Numbered from the stretch's first letter, positions 1 through 13,882 are shown. The stretch: 64,000 nucleotides of DNA from Tubulanus polymorphus (GCF_964204645.1 NW_027437473.1:1-64000); one strand, 5' to 3'. The notes: generated by a model from the sequence alone, not told the origin. Translations and numbers: made by a program.

Positions 1-63
<63 letters not shown>

Positions 64-75
64 AGAGGGAGGAAG
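1..75. repeat. (AG)n microsatellite
   Basis: Direct reading of the sequence. Confidence 0.95.
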
Positions 76-144
76 AGTTTGTTGGGCTTTAATCGTAATT
101 TCAAAGCGTTAATTAAACTAATTAATTAATTAGACTAGTAAACG

Positions 145-177
145 ATAATAATAATGATAATGATAATGATAATAATT

Positions 178-211
<34 letters not shown>

Positions 212-230
212 GTGCATGATAATGATAATT
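145..230. repeat. (ATA/ATG)n trinucleotide microsatellite
   Basis: gataataataatgataatgat... run. Confidence 0.9.
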
Positions 231-852
231 GATGGGTTTAAAATCAGTGCGTGGAAACTTCACGCGGTTTCGCCTGGATACGCGGTCTTATAGAAGACGA
301 ATTTATTTACCACATAGGTGGCGTAGGTGTTGAGGGGTCTGGGGCGTTTTGGCCCCCTTTGATCTAACCGATAATGTTTTTCAATACCCTCACCCTAAAA
401 ATATCAAACAAATTTGCCCGAGAACCTATCCGAACGGAATCGACCGCCCTGGGCCCGAATTTCTGTGGGATATATCAGTTACCCAACGCCCCCTAGAAAA
501 TAATTTTTTTGGACGCAGCCAATCGTCTGGTAATTTTCCATCGATTTGAAAGCGAGGCTGACTGGGCGCAGTGAAGATGTCGCAATAGGAGAATTACGAG
601 GATTCAGCTGGGCGTTATCGGGCGTCATCGAGCGCCATCTCGCGTCATCCGTTATCACAATTAACTCGGAAAGGACCCAGTTCTATTGTGGATCTAACAT
701 TTCATGTTTTTGGAAAGTTTTAACGAGGATTTTTCGTTGACTGACGGAGTAAAAAATTGCGGTTTTTGGAACTTTTATCAACGAACAGACTCGGAACACA
801 CGGAAATAAATTGACGCTTGCGGGATTAAAGTGAATCGCTCGGAATTATATT

Positions 853-930
853 GACTCCATGACTCTATGACTCTATGACTCCATGACTCCATGACTCCAT
901 GACTCCATGACTCCATGACTCCATGGCTCT
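853..930. repeat. 8-bp tandem repeat (GACTCCAT)n
   Basis: About 10 copies; explains the spurious ORF 683..916. Confidence 0.9.
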
Positions 931-2174
931 ATAGTAGTCATTGAATCACGTCGCAAACCGAAGAAAAACTGCAGTTCTGTGAGTTAAATTATTTATTAAC
1001 GGCTGAAATAATGTTTTATAAGTTTAGATTTTAGGGATATAATGCATTGTTGAAAAGCTTATTAAAGGATTGGGAACCGCCTGAGGGTCTCGGCTGCCAG
1101 CTGAGGGTCCCGGGGATTGGGAACCGCCTGAGGGTCTCGGCTGCCGGCTGAGGGTCCCGGGAGTCTCTACTAACTACACACTGGAAGATAAATAGCCCGC
1201 ATCACTATTTCTATATTTCGGACACCTATTTTAATATAGTATTATTAGTTTAATGAATGCGTCAATTAAACGATAATACACAGATATCTAAACAGTTACT
1301 GATGACATTTCTGTGCAGTTTAAGAGATGATATCAACACGTCGCGCAAAGTGTAAGATGGACACTGGTTCTAGTGACCTGTATTGTGTTTATGATATAAA
1401 GAAGATGATTTATAGTCGGGTGAAATGTGTCAAATGTCATTGTTTATTGTTCTCGGACAATAAGATACAAATGTCTACGTGACGCGCGCGCAGGTCACAT
1501 CCAAACCGCCATCATCCAGTTTCACTATCGCTTAGATATGTTAATGGTGTACTATTTATAAACCAATCACAGACGAGGATGACCGATTTTGCGATATAAT
1601 TATGCGAGGATATTTTGTCAGTTGGACCGGGTGTTAGTGGCTCATCATGAAAAATATCTGTATGAAATCAAAATGATCAAATTGAACTGTTATCAAAACA
1701 CGATAATTCGAATAGATAATGATAGAATCTCCCTAATTCCGATCATTGGGACCAACAAAATTCATCCGTTTTACGGCAAATCCGGATTAAAAGTCATTTT
1801 CGTGTATATTAATGATTAAATTGACTGTAAATATTATCCGGATTACACCAAAATTCGGATTAAGCCGATGCGGATTAAACGATTTAGTTTGACTGTATTA
1901 GCCAATAGAATCAGTCTTGGAATACAGAAAGACGTTCACGATTGAGTTATGTACAAATACCGATATGAGAAAAGCTTAGATTCACCTCCTAAGCCATCAC
2001 CCATGGAACTGGCCCCAGGGCACTAAAATTACCAAGAAACAAACACTGACGAGTGTTGGCCTGTTTAATAAACGCAGAAACCCTAGTTTTTGCCTGTTTG
2101 ATAAACGCAGAAACCCTAGTGTTGGCCTTGTACCACACTGACCACACGTATTCACAAACATTGTCAGTCACCAA

Positions 2175-2280
2175 ACTCAGCGGTCTAGTGGTTAGCGTGC
2201 TCGGCTGGCATGCTGGAGTTCGCAGGTTCGAGTCCTGCTAGGGTTAGGGTTACCGTCGATCTAGGGTTAGGGTTAGTGCC
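2175..2280 (+). repeat. tRNA-derived (SINE-head-like) sequence followed by TTAGGG-like repeats
   Basis: A-box-like ggtctagtggttag and B-box ggttcgagtcc, then gggttagggtt. Homologous copies at about 12185-12295 and 53715-53822. Confidence 0.6.
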
Positions 2281-2729
2281 TCAGGTTGGGGCTTATTTTT
2301 GGCCCAGCGAGGTATTTGTAGTACGATGATCATCTGTTTGACTCGGGTTATTTTTTGGTCAATAGATTCTATACTAACTTATATATTTTGAACACATATA
2401 TTTGCTTTATCTAGTGGAGGCCACTTTGTATCTAATCGTTTCATAATGGGTACGGGGTGTCCCGCGTTCGAACCAACTAATTACTGATACTGGGTCAGAG
2501 TGGTCTTGATACTGAATAGAGGATATACAGGGGTGTCCCGGGTTCAAACCCAGTAATTACTGATAACTGATTCAGAGAGGTCCTGATGCTGAATATAGGA
2601 TGTACAGGGTTGTCCCGGGCTCGAACCCAGCAATATTCTAGGTTGTTTCTCGAAAAATGATTAAATAACGCACACACGACTTACAGCAACATTTATCTAT
2701 ATTTATTCCTCATTGTCATGTAACGCACC

Positions 2730-2841
2730 AGGACCCAGTTCCACAGTTGTGAGTTAGAGTTAACTCTGAGTTAAAGTTAGTTCATTTTCAATGGGTTAAC
2801 CCAGAGTTAAATCTTAACTCAACAACTGTGGAACTGGACCC
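2730..2841. mobile_element. Small palindromic MITE-like element
   Basis: Terminal inverted repeats ccagttccacagttg ... caactgtggaactgg with further internal symmetry. Confidence 0.6.
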
Positions 2842-3687
2842 TGCCCTTTTAAGAATAGTAATGGAACAATCGAATTGAAACCCTTAGTATGGTAAGCACA
2901 GTGGAGTGATGAAAGAATCACCATTTCTAAACTCATATCAGATAAGTTCAGTGCCATCTAGCAGGATTTCACTTCCAACAGTCATAATGTCATGAAGTTA
3001 AGAGAACTGATGATTTTCTGAGAAAATAAATTCTTAAACCGATAGCAGCAGCTTCAGCAACTAGAGCTTCTTTACTCTTTGAAGGTGAATATTTTTATTT
3101 TCTCCAGTTCCAATTTGTGTTGGGCGTATTGCATTCTGGAAAGAGAAAATTATGCCAGAAAATGGTTAATGAAATAGATAGAAACTGCAACTTGTTTGTG
3201 TTCAATTGACAGAAAACCTACCAGGTTAATGAGTAGTTTATCACAATGTGTTGAGTATATGCAGATTTCTGAGAGGTTTGATGGTAGCTTTAGACTGCGT
3301 CCTCTAGTAAAACGTTGATACCTGCCAACATTGACCGATCAAAACATCATTTTCTGGACTTGATTTGAAGATCACCACAAATTACTGCAATAAATCGATA
3401 TAAAACTCACCGCTTCTGACTTGTTTGATTTGTAGAGCGCAATGTTTACTGCAAGTTCAGCTTTATTTTAGACCCTAGAATACAACAGTTGTATAATTTT
3501 GATGATTTGAACTTTGACCAGAATAGAAGTGATTGAAAATTCGCCTTCACTGATTAATGTAGCTTCTAATCAGGAAATGAGTTTATAAATGTACAGTCAA
3601 ACAGAGACTAGAATCTGTAGAGATATTTACCGGTACCGTATTTGTTTTGAGGATCTAAAGCGATGTCCATCTTAAACAAATGTGAAG

Positions 3688-4026
3688 CTGCTGCAGCTGC
3701 TGGTGGTGCTGTTGCTGCATGGTGCTGGTATTGCAGTTACTGCCAGTGCTGCTGTTGCAGCTGGTGGTGGCGCCGTTGCTGCATGGTGCTGGTACTGCAG
3801 GTACTGCCAGTGCTGCTGTTGCAGCTGGTGGTGGCGCCGTTGCTGCATGGTGCTGGTACTGCAGGTACTGCCAGTGCTGCTGTTGCAGCTGGTGGTGGCG
3901 CCGTTGCTGCATGGTGCTGGTACTGCAGGTACTGCCAGTGCTGCTGTTGCAGCTGCTGGTGGCGCTGTTGCTGCATGGTGCTGGTACTGCAGGTACTGCT
4001 AGTGCTGCTGTTGTTGCTGCTGCTGC
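3688..4026. repeat. 64-bp GC-rich minisatellite (about 5 copies)
   Basis: gcagctggtggtggcg recurs at 3757, 3821 and 3885. The unit is not a multiple of 3, so the same peptides rotate through all frames. Confidence 0.9.
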
Positions 4027-5254
4027 GGTGTGTATCTCATCCTGTAACTGAGAGTAAAACAGTAATTTTTAGTTCAAAAATAATTCAAAATATCAACAGA
4101 GACTGTGAAGAATTCTGTGGAGAAATTCATTACCAGTTTTATACTTACCTTAAATGCGCCTGTTTAAATAGTAAATTCTATTGCATTCATTTCATTCTGA
4201 AAAGAAAAAGAAACAATAATCAGTGACAATAGAGCAGAATGTAACATCTCAAATTATCAATCAATCAGACAGAAACAGTACAGGATTTCTGTAGATTAAA
4301 CTGCTGTACTTATTTCATACTGATTGTACAGTTACAGATACATGTAACATTGTGTACAGATACAGAGTACAGATCACTGCATTACTTCATCCTGTGATTG
4401 AACAGGGATTTAATGTTCTCTCATCTTCATTAGATTCCCATCCGTCTAACTAAAACATCAGAACATTTTAACTCATCTAACCTCCCGACCCTCCCAGACC
4501 CCTTCCCTCCCGCCCTCCCAGACCCCTTCCCTCCCGCCCTCCCTCGCCCCTTCCCTCCCACGCCCTCCCATCATAGCCCTCCCTCAATGCCCTCCCATCA
4601 TGCCTCCTCAACTCTCTTGTCTCCTCTTCACACACCACTCATCTGTACAATAACTACAAAACGATTTGCCATTTTTCACGATCATATCAATTTCATTTAT
4701 AAATCAAAATCCTTAATCAATTGCATCATTGATGGGACTCACAGATACTGTCTCTACACATTTTTGAGGCATTCAGATGACCTCAAATGATCATATGCCT
4801 GGGTTGGTCTTGAAAATCACATGGCTTCATTTTTACAGATGATTTCTTTATCAATTTCATCAAATTATTCCTATTATTTCTACTCCCTCTAATAAGTATT
4901 CACAATATATCTCAGTTTCACGACAAGTTGCAGCAGTCGTCTGTAAACAGATTTCATTTCATCAAATGATGCGAGTTTGAGTTATAGAGGTTGCATCTAC
5001 AAAACATCAAGCCAAATCCGAGGAACCTAATGTTGTAAGGGAGGGGGAGGTATACGGAGGGTTCACCCGAACCGAGGAAATAAGCCCGAACCAAATCTCC
5101 ACAAAAATATTGTGGGAAGGGCAAACACAAACCAAGGACAAGAATGATGGCTGAGATCAAAACAATTAATCTAAGAGTACATTCGCTTCCGATCTCATTT
5201 CGCCGTTCACTTACATCGCCTGCCCAGTCTCTAACAGGACAGCTTTCGAACCTT

Positions 5255-6500
5255 TCAACTCTTTCGCCATAACGTGTACTGAGTTCCATATTTCAAATCT
5301 TTGTGATCGTCGGATCCGTGATCACCGAATGTTTCGACTTTCTCCACCGCGCAACCGGAAACCGCGTCCGATGTGTTTTTTCGCGATGTTATATCTCTAT
5401 GTAGCGCGACATGATGCTTTCTGTTGCATATTCTGCAGCCCATCGATCGGCAATTCGCACTTCCGTGACCGAGGAGCAAACACACGAAGCATAATTTCTT
5501 ATTTCTTACTACCTCGTGACGTTGTTCGATATTCAACGGACAGCTGCTCGCCACGTGGCCGTTTTCGGCGCAAAAGTAGCAACCCAAATTAGCACCTTTC
5601 GCGAACATTTCGGCGCTACAACTTGGTCTCGATTTAGCATGCTTCTGAGAATACGGTTTTCGATCTGTCGGTTGCGACTCACAACTTTCGCCCAAATTTT
5701 CTAGCTGTTCCGTTAAACTTGCCAGATATTTTTCCACGTCAAATTTATCGCCTTGACCGCACGTTCCGATCTCTTTTGGTACTTAACGTTCAATCAGCGG
5801 TACTATAAACGAAGCGCACTGATCAATTTGAATACCGAGGTGTTGTAACGATCGGATGTCACCTTTGATCTGGTTTATAAAATGACGCAGAGACGAATAA
5901 TTAAACGACGGTGTTTTTATATCGACCACATTGTTCACGTGAGCTCTTACGATTTTCCGAGGTTGCCCGTAACTTTCTTTCAGCGTGGCGATTACGTTCT
6001 CTAAATTGTCCGATGATGTAGTTGAATTTTGTGATATTCGGATAGTTCGATTTCAAAATATCCGTTTCGATTGTTTCCCAAAACGACGCCCATTCGGTGA
6101 AATTGCCATCGAATGTCGGCAAATTTAATCGCGGCAATTTAGCGGTCGGTAACTTCTGCTCATCGTGTTTTATAATCGGTGATCTTACGGGTTCCTGTTT
6201 CTGTCTAAATCTCTTAATCGTGAGCAGTTTCTTGCGTTGCTCAATGCGATTCTCGACGATCTCATGCAAATATGCGGCGAACTTATCTGGCTGATTCTCG
6301 CAAGCCTGCTCCAGCGCTTCGTTCGTCACATTACATTTTTCATACAGTTATTTCAATTCCTCGAGCGACGTGAATTCCGTCCTCTTCACTCACAGATTTC
6401 TTCTTGAGAACATTCTCCGTTCTCCGATATTCTCTATCGAAAGCCGTTTGAAGCGCGCCAACTTTCGCCTTCAAATTCGCTATTACTGTGTCTGTCTCTG
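5255..6500 (-). mobile_element. BEL/Pao LTR retrotransposon gag relic (disrupted)
   Basis: KLPRLNLPTFDGNFTEWASFW (Pao gag/DUF1759-like) in 5901..6329. Three zinc knuckles CYFC..H..C, CFVC..H..C, CRIC..HH..LH in 5255..5737. Split by frameshifts and stops. Confidence 0.85.
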
Positions 6501-6502
6501 CC

Positions 6503-6520
6503 ATCCTGGTCACGGCACCA
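6503..6520 (-). promoter_or_regulatory. Primer-binding site (tRNA-His type) of the BEL/Pao element; the 5' LTR ends at 6521
   Basis: Minus strand reads ...ttCA TGGTGCCGTGACCAGGAT immediately upstream of gag. Confidence 0.75.
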
Positions 6521-9500
6521 TGAAGTTAATAGTGGTAACTTATAACCAGCGTTGTCGGTCGCAATAACTGTTGACCAGGGACGGCTAAAGGCTGAGACAA
6601 GACCGGGAGCCTGGGAGAGTAACAAGTCCGAACACGTTGGTTTCTTGATGTTAACTGATGATATTTATTTTGTACTACACTAACACAAACTAAAAATAGG
6701 TCACAGTCACAGTTCTCGGCCACCCAGGGGTCAGTTACTATGGCCAGCATCTGGCATGGATTAGCTATCTTACATGATGGCCCACCGAAATACCCTCAGA
6801 ATTAACTACAGGTTTACGGCGATTCATCCAGTATTCACTACCCGTCTATTATCAAAAACAAATCATGATTTATTTCTAGTTTTATGAATTGCTTTTGCAA
6901 GAATTTGTTGATACCTGTGTAGTTGATAAAGGTTCACGGTATTATTGGTGTTACGTGTTTGTTGTTAGCCACATTAAAAAACAAGTAGCACTTGCAGACT
7001 TTTCACAAATAAGAAAATCAATATCCAGGATTTCCATAGACATTTCTCTCAAAGGCTTGATATTTAACTTTTCAAGTGGCCACATCCCACTCCAGATTGT
7101 CTTTGGAAAACAAAATTTTGAAAATGTTTAATCCAATGAACCCGAAATGATAACACAATTTTAAATGTAGTCAGATGGCGCTGTATAAAATACTATTATT
7201 TTAAAGTGAATAAAATCACGGGTTTTCTGTATTTTGAACTCCTCGTGATTTGAACTGGAAATCAGATGTGTTTTTAATTGTCAGGGATTTGAAACTGTGT
7301 TCCATGTTTGAACTGTTTATCTTGTAAATTAAATAAACTCATCTCCTTCAAATTAAATACATAAAAACATCCAATAATAAATTTTCTTTGACAAAAATGT
7401 GGAACTCTGGATTTTGTGTTTCACACTCAACGCTACAGAATAAATTCGATATCTTCCGATACAGATTCAATGACCTTCAGTAGAAAATGAGAAACATCTC
7501 GTGAAATGTGTCAAAATGCCCACGTGACGCGCGGGTCCCATCGAAACCGGTTTCATCTAGTTTACATTACGCATATTTCATACCAATTAGCCAATCATCG
7601 ACGAGTATGACTAATTATGCGTCCAATCATTAATGAGGATGTTTTGGAAGCTGGACCTGGTTTTAGCGGCAAACTCAATTATTCAATTTTCAAATTAAAT
7701 CATTTTGCTATTAGAGATGTGTGATTTATACCGATATATACTTCATGCAGTTCAGAATGGATTGATTTCTTCACTAGAGTCACCGCGCAGTTTATAGAGC
7801 GAAGATGGATTATGACCAGTGACCCCAATAGTTAGATAATATGAAATATGAAGCTTCATTGTGTTCGACAATTCTTGTCGTTCGCGCAGATTATTACATT
7901 TGGGTGTCTTGTATATGTTCGCACCTGGAGGTTATCGGGATGGTGTATGGTTTACCAGTCTGGACAGTGAGGTGCTTAAACTGTCTCCCGTAAACAATTA
8001 GACACCTCTTGCGAACATATTAGGATTTATTCTGAATGTTATCTCGCTGAAACGAAAGATAAACCGTTCTCAAAAACTGAGCCGTTACTGGAAATTCAAT
8101 GGAATTTGAATTGTCTTCTTGTTCAGGATTTATTTGGAATGAAATCGCGCTGAAACTAGTTCCGGATGGATATAAACTGTGCTCAATAAACTGAACTGTC
8201 ATAAAAAACACAAGGATTCAAATTGACTCGAGGATTATCATTGGATTCATACATTACACACACAGGATTGGATAAACTGTAAGTTAGAAAAAACATTAAC
8301 AGCTGAAATTATGTTTTATAGGTTTAGTTAGTTATTAGGAACTTACTCGGTGAGTTAGTAAGTTATAGAAATGCATGAATATTAGTACAATTTCCAACGA
8401 AATGTGTAAGTTTAAGTAAAGGAATTTGGGTGCTATTTGCATCAGGGTCCTGTGGGTCTCTGGGTCTCTGGTCTTGCAGATAGAGAAAGCAGTTTGTTTA
8501 TTTCGATGCCTAATATATTTATTTTCACTAACGGTTTCACTAATGTCTCTGTCGGTCAAATAGATAAATAACAGGTTAGCCTGGCTGTATTGCGCAATGT
8601 TGAATTCAGTTGTACATGTATCATCATCAGGGTCACCGAAACCGGTTCTGTCCAGTTCAGGTCATCATTAGCTATGCGCGCCAATCAGAATTACTTATTG
8701 CGCCCCGCATCAATTATGCGGCCAATCGCCGGCCGCGATGACCAGCCGCGCACGAGCCGAGTGCAAAGCGAGCAAGGAACCCGCTTCATTAGAATCCGTC
8801 ACAATCGCGGTTTAATTTACATCATAAAACACGAAATTAAACGATAAAAAAACAATTCAGAAACGATAAAACTGATACGGATAAGATGAACGCGATTGTT
8901 AGGTGAGTTTGTCGAGATTTCCGCATCGCAAATTTCAACATATTTACGTGAATTCACGGAATTCGGAATCGATTCAATCGGAGTTCAAATTAAATCCGGA
9001 TTATTGCGATATTACAACAAACTGCGCTCATAACAAACTGTGAACTATTATCAAAAACACGAGGATAAAAACTGACTATAATTCTGAGGATCCCTGGATT
9101 CATACATTACACACACAGGATTGGATAAACTGTGAGTTAGAAAAATATTAACAGCTGAAATTATGTTTTATAGGTTTAGTTAGTTATTAGGAACTTACTC
9201 GGTGAGTTAGTAAGTTTTTAGAAAGGCATGAAAATTAGTACAATTTCCAACGAAATGTGTAAGTTTAAGTAAAGGAATTTGGGTGCTATTTGTATCAGGG
9301 TCCTGTGGGGTCTCTGGGTCTCTGGTCTTGCAGATAGAGAAAGCAGTTTGTTTATTTCGATGCCTAATATATTTATTTCAGGATCCTGTATTTTACGCTT
9401 CTATTTCCAGGGTTTCTCTCTATTTTCAGGTGTTTTCCTTTTATTTCAGAATTTCCGTTTTTTCTAATCTTTTGTTTTATAAGAAAACGACTTTCATGTA

Positions 9501-11019
9501 AAAACGTTTAGTTGAAATAAAAATGACAATTTCAGGGTCATTGCTGAGACAAGACCCCAGAAGACTAGGCCACAGAGTACGTGTCTTCACCCCCAGCACA
9601 CAACAGAGTGGCCCGATTCAGGTGCGGCCTGTATGTTCTATTTCAGTGTGAAGAACAAGACCCCCTAGTCACAGAAGATTGAATCTGAAGTTGAATGATG
9701 ATGACAGAGTGACTGAAGAATTCCGGTGCGACCTGTATAACATGTCTCTATTTCAGTATCCCCCTCCCTAACCCCTAAACCCGAGCCCGAATAGGTAGGC
9801 CGAATATAGGTTAGGTTAGAATAGTTAGTTGATAAATCTGTGAATTAGAACATAATTTCAGCTGTTTATATAAAATACAGTTGTTATTTCAAGTGGAACT
9901 TTTTAACAATAAAAGTTGCATTTATTTACAATTGAACTGGATTGAAAATGTTTGACAGTTTGTGAGTTAAGTGTGATTTGATTAAGATGAAGCGTTGAAC
10001 TGTTGAACTCTACTTCTTATAAAATACAAATGACATTTACAACTGGTTTCAGGTTCAGACAGCACCCCACCCCACCCGGTCGGGTCCTATTCCTGAGGTA
10101 CCTGGGTTTCTGGTTTATTTGGTTGAATTAATTTACTGATTTTGGTCGCGCTGTTTTTGATGTCGATATTTCTCGCGTATATTTTTAGGAGACGCGGTTT
10201 TTTTAATTGATGATTCAAATCATTGAACGATTATTATATTTAAATCATTCACACCTTGTTATTTTGAGGTCTCCTCTCAAATTAATCTCGTAATAGCAGC
10301 GGTTGTTTTTGTACCATTGAACATCAGTGTTTTATTGCAAACATAGAAATCCATTACATAAAACAGAATTAGATTCAACAATTTATTACAATTATTCTAT
10401 ATGTAGATTATAAATGTTGGATGTGGCTACGAACTTTTTAAGTCATCATTTTGAAGTCATTTCGTGTTGTTTTATTTTCCTCACGCCGATTCTAGGTAGG
10501 TCTCTGTGTATTGTAATTTCGCGAGGTCAGTTCCTCCAATTTCACAACCTTCTCGTTGTCGATAAAATTAAATTTCAAAGTTTTAAAATTCACTGTTTGA
10601 ATTCGTTATAGTTGTGACAATAAACTCAACCAAACGACCATTTCAAATTACGTAGCTGAATTAGAAATAGGCCTGAAACAAACTAAGGCTCCGATGTAAA
10701 TGTAACGACTTATCAAAATGAAATTTAATTTCACTTCTTTCAGGTTTTGGTGTCTGTGAAGAGTTCACATGCTACTCATTGCTTCCTCTAAGATGGCGGA
10801 TGTTTATAGGTTATAGGATGGATATTCTCCTCCTCCACTAGGAGGCGCTGTAGGTAAGTCGCGGCACAACAATGTTGACAAAATAGAACAAATTCAGCTG
10901 GTAAATTTTGATAGCGTTGATAGAAGAGAAAGTTTTTAATTTATTTCTGGCGGTGGCAATTTAGATCAGGTCTGATTAGAAACTGTTGTAATCAGAGAAT
11001 AATAGCGGGTAGTCAGTGA

Positions 11020-12142
11020 AGAGTCACCACATCTGACTGGTCGCCAGTCACCACAACCTGACTGGTCACTGGTCACCACACCTGACTGGTCGCCAGTCAC
11101 CGAACCTGACTGGTCACTGGTCACCACACCTGACTGGTCACTGGTCACCGCACCTGACTGGTCACCAGTCACCGAACCTGACCGGTCACTGGTCACCACA
11201 CCTGACTGGTCACCAGTCACCGAACCTGACTGGTCACCAGTCACCGAACCTGACTGGTCACTGGTCACCACACCTGACTGGTCACCAGTCACCGAACCTG
11301 ACTGGTCACCAGTCACCGAACCTGACTGGTCACTGGTCACCGCACCTGACTGGTCGCCGGTCGCCACACCTGACTGGTCACCAGTCACCACACCTGACTG
11401 GTCACTGGTCACCACACCTGACTGGTCACCGGTCACCGAACCTGACTGGTCACCAGTCACCGAACCTGACTGGTCACCAGTCACCGAACCTGACTGGTCA
11501 CCAGTCACCGAACCTGACTGGTCATTAGTCACCACACCTGACTGGTCGCCGGTCGCCACACCTGACTGGTCGCCAGTCACCACACCTGCTGACTGGTCGT
11601 CGGTCACCACACCTGACTGGTCACCAGTCACCACACCTGACTGGTCGCCGGTCGCCACACCTGACTGGTCACTGGTCACCGCACCTGACTGGTCGCCTGT
11701 CACCGAACCTGACTGGTCACTGGTCACCACACCTGACTGGTCGCCGGTCGCCACACCTGACTGGTCGCCAGTCGCCACACCTGACTGGTCACCAGTCACC
11801 GAACCTGACTGGTCACCAGTCACCGAACCTGACTGGTCACCAGTCACCACACCTGACTGGTCTTCGGTCGCCACACCTGACTGGTCGCCAGTCACCACAC
11901 CTGCTGACTGGTCGTCGGTCACCACACCTGACTGGTCACCAGTCACCACACCTGACTGGTCGCCGGTCGCCACACCTGACTGGTCACTGGTCACCGCATT
12001 TGACTGGTCGCCTGTCACCGAACCTGACTGGTCAATGGTCACCACACCTGACTGGTCGCCGGTCGCCACACCTGACTGGTCGCCAGTCGCCACACCTGAC
12101 TGGTCACCAGTCACCGCACCTGACTGGTCACCGGTCACCACA
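11020..12142. repeat. 24-bp minisatellite (about 46 copies), open as (VTGDQSGV)n on the minus strand
   Basis: Unit cctgactggtcaccagtcaccaca with an internal inverted repeat. The paralog at 53415-53670 has only about 10 copies. Confidence 0.9.
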
Positions 12143-12184
12143 CTAACCAGACAAACTTACAAACTCGGTCAGTCACTACTGATC

Positions 12185-12295
12185 TATGGTCCAGTGGTCA
12201 ACATGCTCGGCTGGTATCCTGAGGATCGGAGGTTCGAGTCCTGCTAGGGTTAGGATCGAACTAGGATTAGGGTTACCAGAGCTAGGGTTAGGGAG
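12185..12295 (+). repeat. tRNA-derived sequence plus TTAGGG-like repeats (copy 2)
   Basis: ggtccagtggtcaac ... ggttcgagtcctgctagggttagg; homologous to 2175-2280. Confidence 0.6.
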
Positions 12296-13000
12296 ATTTC
12301 AGGGTTATTTCTGTTCTTCCCAGCATGTCGTTTTGGTGAAGAAGGCGTAATTTATTACCGGGGGCGATCGGGTCTGATTAGAAATTGTTGAAATCAGAAA
12401 GATCATAACTTTTTGATATTTCACAAGCAAGATAAACTTGTTCGACTTTTATAAAACAGAAGTAGACCGTATGACGTAAACATCAAGCGATTGAAATATT
12501 CACTTAACTTTTATTTAGCAAAAAATCCTCGAGATGATTTTGTTTGCTAGATTTAAGTTGTTCAATTAAACAACGTAGTATTCAAAAATGATGGTAGTTT
12601 TGTTTTTATAATTTTCAATATAAATGGTGGGACTTACTTTTTAGAATATTTGACAACGCAATCGATGCTTCAAAAAATACCGATAGAAAAGGAGGAATTA
12701 GATATATTTATTACATAATTACATATAATTTTCTGACCGATTAGAGGGATTGAGATCGGCCCAAGTGGAATTCTAATATGAGGAGCAAACTAAGGGCAAT
12801 AGCAGCGGTAAATATCAGTAAAAATGGATGTCTAATAATAGTTTATCGCAGTTACCCGAATATTTTAAAATCTGTGTTTAATTCTATCGTTGCGAGGAAA
12901 AATGAAATTGGTTTTTTCAAAATGAAAATTGTGAATTGAAATGCTTCGAAAGTTGGTTTACGGTTTTTAGGAGAATGCTATCATTACTCACAGTGATCAT

Positions 13001-13160
13001 CTTAGTCGCGACCCGGATGACAGTTGTGTCGTCTCTTAGTCGCGACCCGGATGACAGTTGTGTCGTCTCTTAGTCGCGACCCGGATGACAGTTATGTCGT
13101 CTCTTAGTCGCGACCCGGATGACAGTTGAGTCGTCTCATAGCCGCGACCCGTCTCTTAGA
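13001..13160. repeat. 34-bp tandem repeat (about 4.5 copies; about 6 copies at 54538-54750)
   Basis: cttagtcgcgacccggatgacagttgtgtcgtct at 13001, 13035, 13069 and onward. Confidence 0.9.
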
Positions 13161-13314
13161 CCGGGCCCAGTCCATAGAAATGAAAACTTGTGTTAGATTA
13201 GACCGGGCCCAGTCTATAGAAATGGAAACTTGTGGTCCAATCTCCTCGCAATGAAAAATGCCCAGCTCCAAATAAACACCACACAACAATCTGTATAAAC
13301 TAGATGAGGCGTCT

Positions 13315-13545
13315 TTATTTACAGCAGAATATATTGGGCTTGAGGGGACTGCCCAAGCCCCAAGCGATCATTATTTTCAGCAGAATATATTGGGCTTGAG
13401 GGGACTGCCCAAGCCCCAAGCGTACATTATTTGCAGCAGAATATATTGGGCTTCAGGGGACTGCCCAAGCCCCAAGCGATCATTATTTTCAGCAGAATAT
13501 ATTGGGCTTGAGGGGACTGCCCAAGCCCCAAGAGTACATTATTTT
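13315..13545. repeat. 56-bp hairpin-containing tandem repeat (4 copies; about 3 at 31365-31550; 1 partial at about 54905)
   Basis: cagcagaatatattgggcttgaggggactgcccaagcccc at 13322, 13378, 13434 and 13490. Confidence 0.9.
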
Positions 13546-13664
13546 CACAAAACAAACAACACTCTTCACCATCAAACACCCTTTTCCTCTTAACTGACTC
13601 CATTCAGCTGCATTGCTTCATCCATGGCAAAGATTTGAGACATGATTTTAAAACAACACCCATT

Positions 13665-13882
13665 AGGCTAAACAAAAAGATGCCTTGTTTCTCCGCAGCG
13701 GCCGGGTCATTTTTTTTAAATATGAAATTTATAAACAGTTCATTTCTATAGCGGCCGGGTCTGTTATGGTAAAATTGATCACGATTTAAAAAAAAGTAAT
13801 GTATAGGGTAGATAGGCGGCCGGCCGGGTCAACATTTAAGCTCAGCAGAGCCGAGAAACAAGGTATCAATTTTTTTAGCCTT
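13665..13882. mobile_element. Short non-autonomous TIR element (MITE), absent from the paralogous block
   Basis: Ends taggctaaa... and ...tttagcctta. The paralog at about 55090 reads cccatttaattgtcg (empty site). Confidence 0.7.

Noticed and set aside
2175-2245. Functional tRNA gene
   Set aside because: A and B boxes are present, but the acceptor and anticodon stems pair poorly, there is no poly-T terminator, and the copies are diverged and embedded in repeats.
3655-4226. Overlapping Cys/Trp-, Gln- and Ala-rich ORFs on both strands
   Set aside because: Products of a 64-bp minisatellite; the same peptides cycle through all frames.
2900-4940. Series of minus-strand splice-like signals, including a segment reading PTQIGTGENKNI (a possible RHIM-bearing effector)
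   Set aside because: Candidate exons contain stops (4149-4196 in all frames), one implied intron is only 26 nt, and the motif lacks the hydrophobic residue before Q. No coherent CDS; at most a relic or lncRNA.
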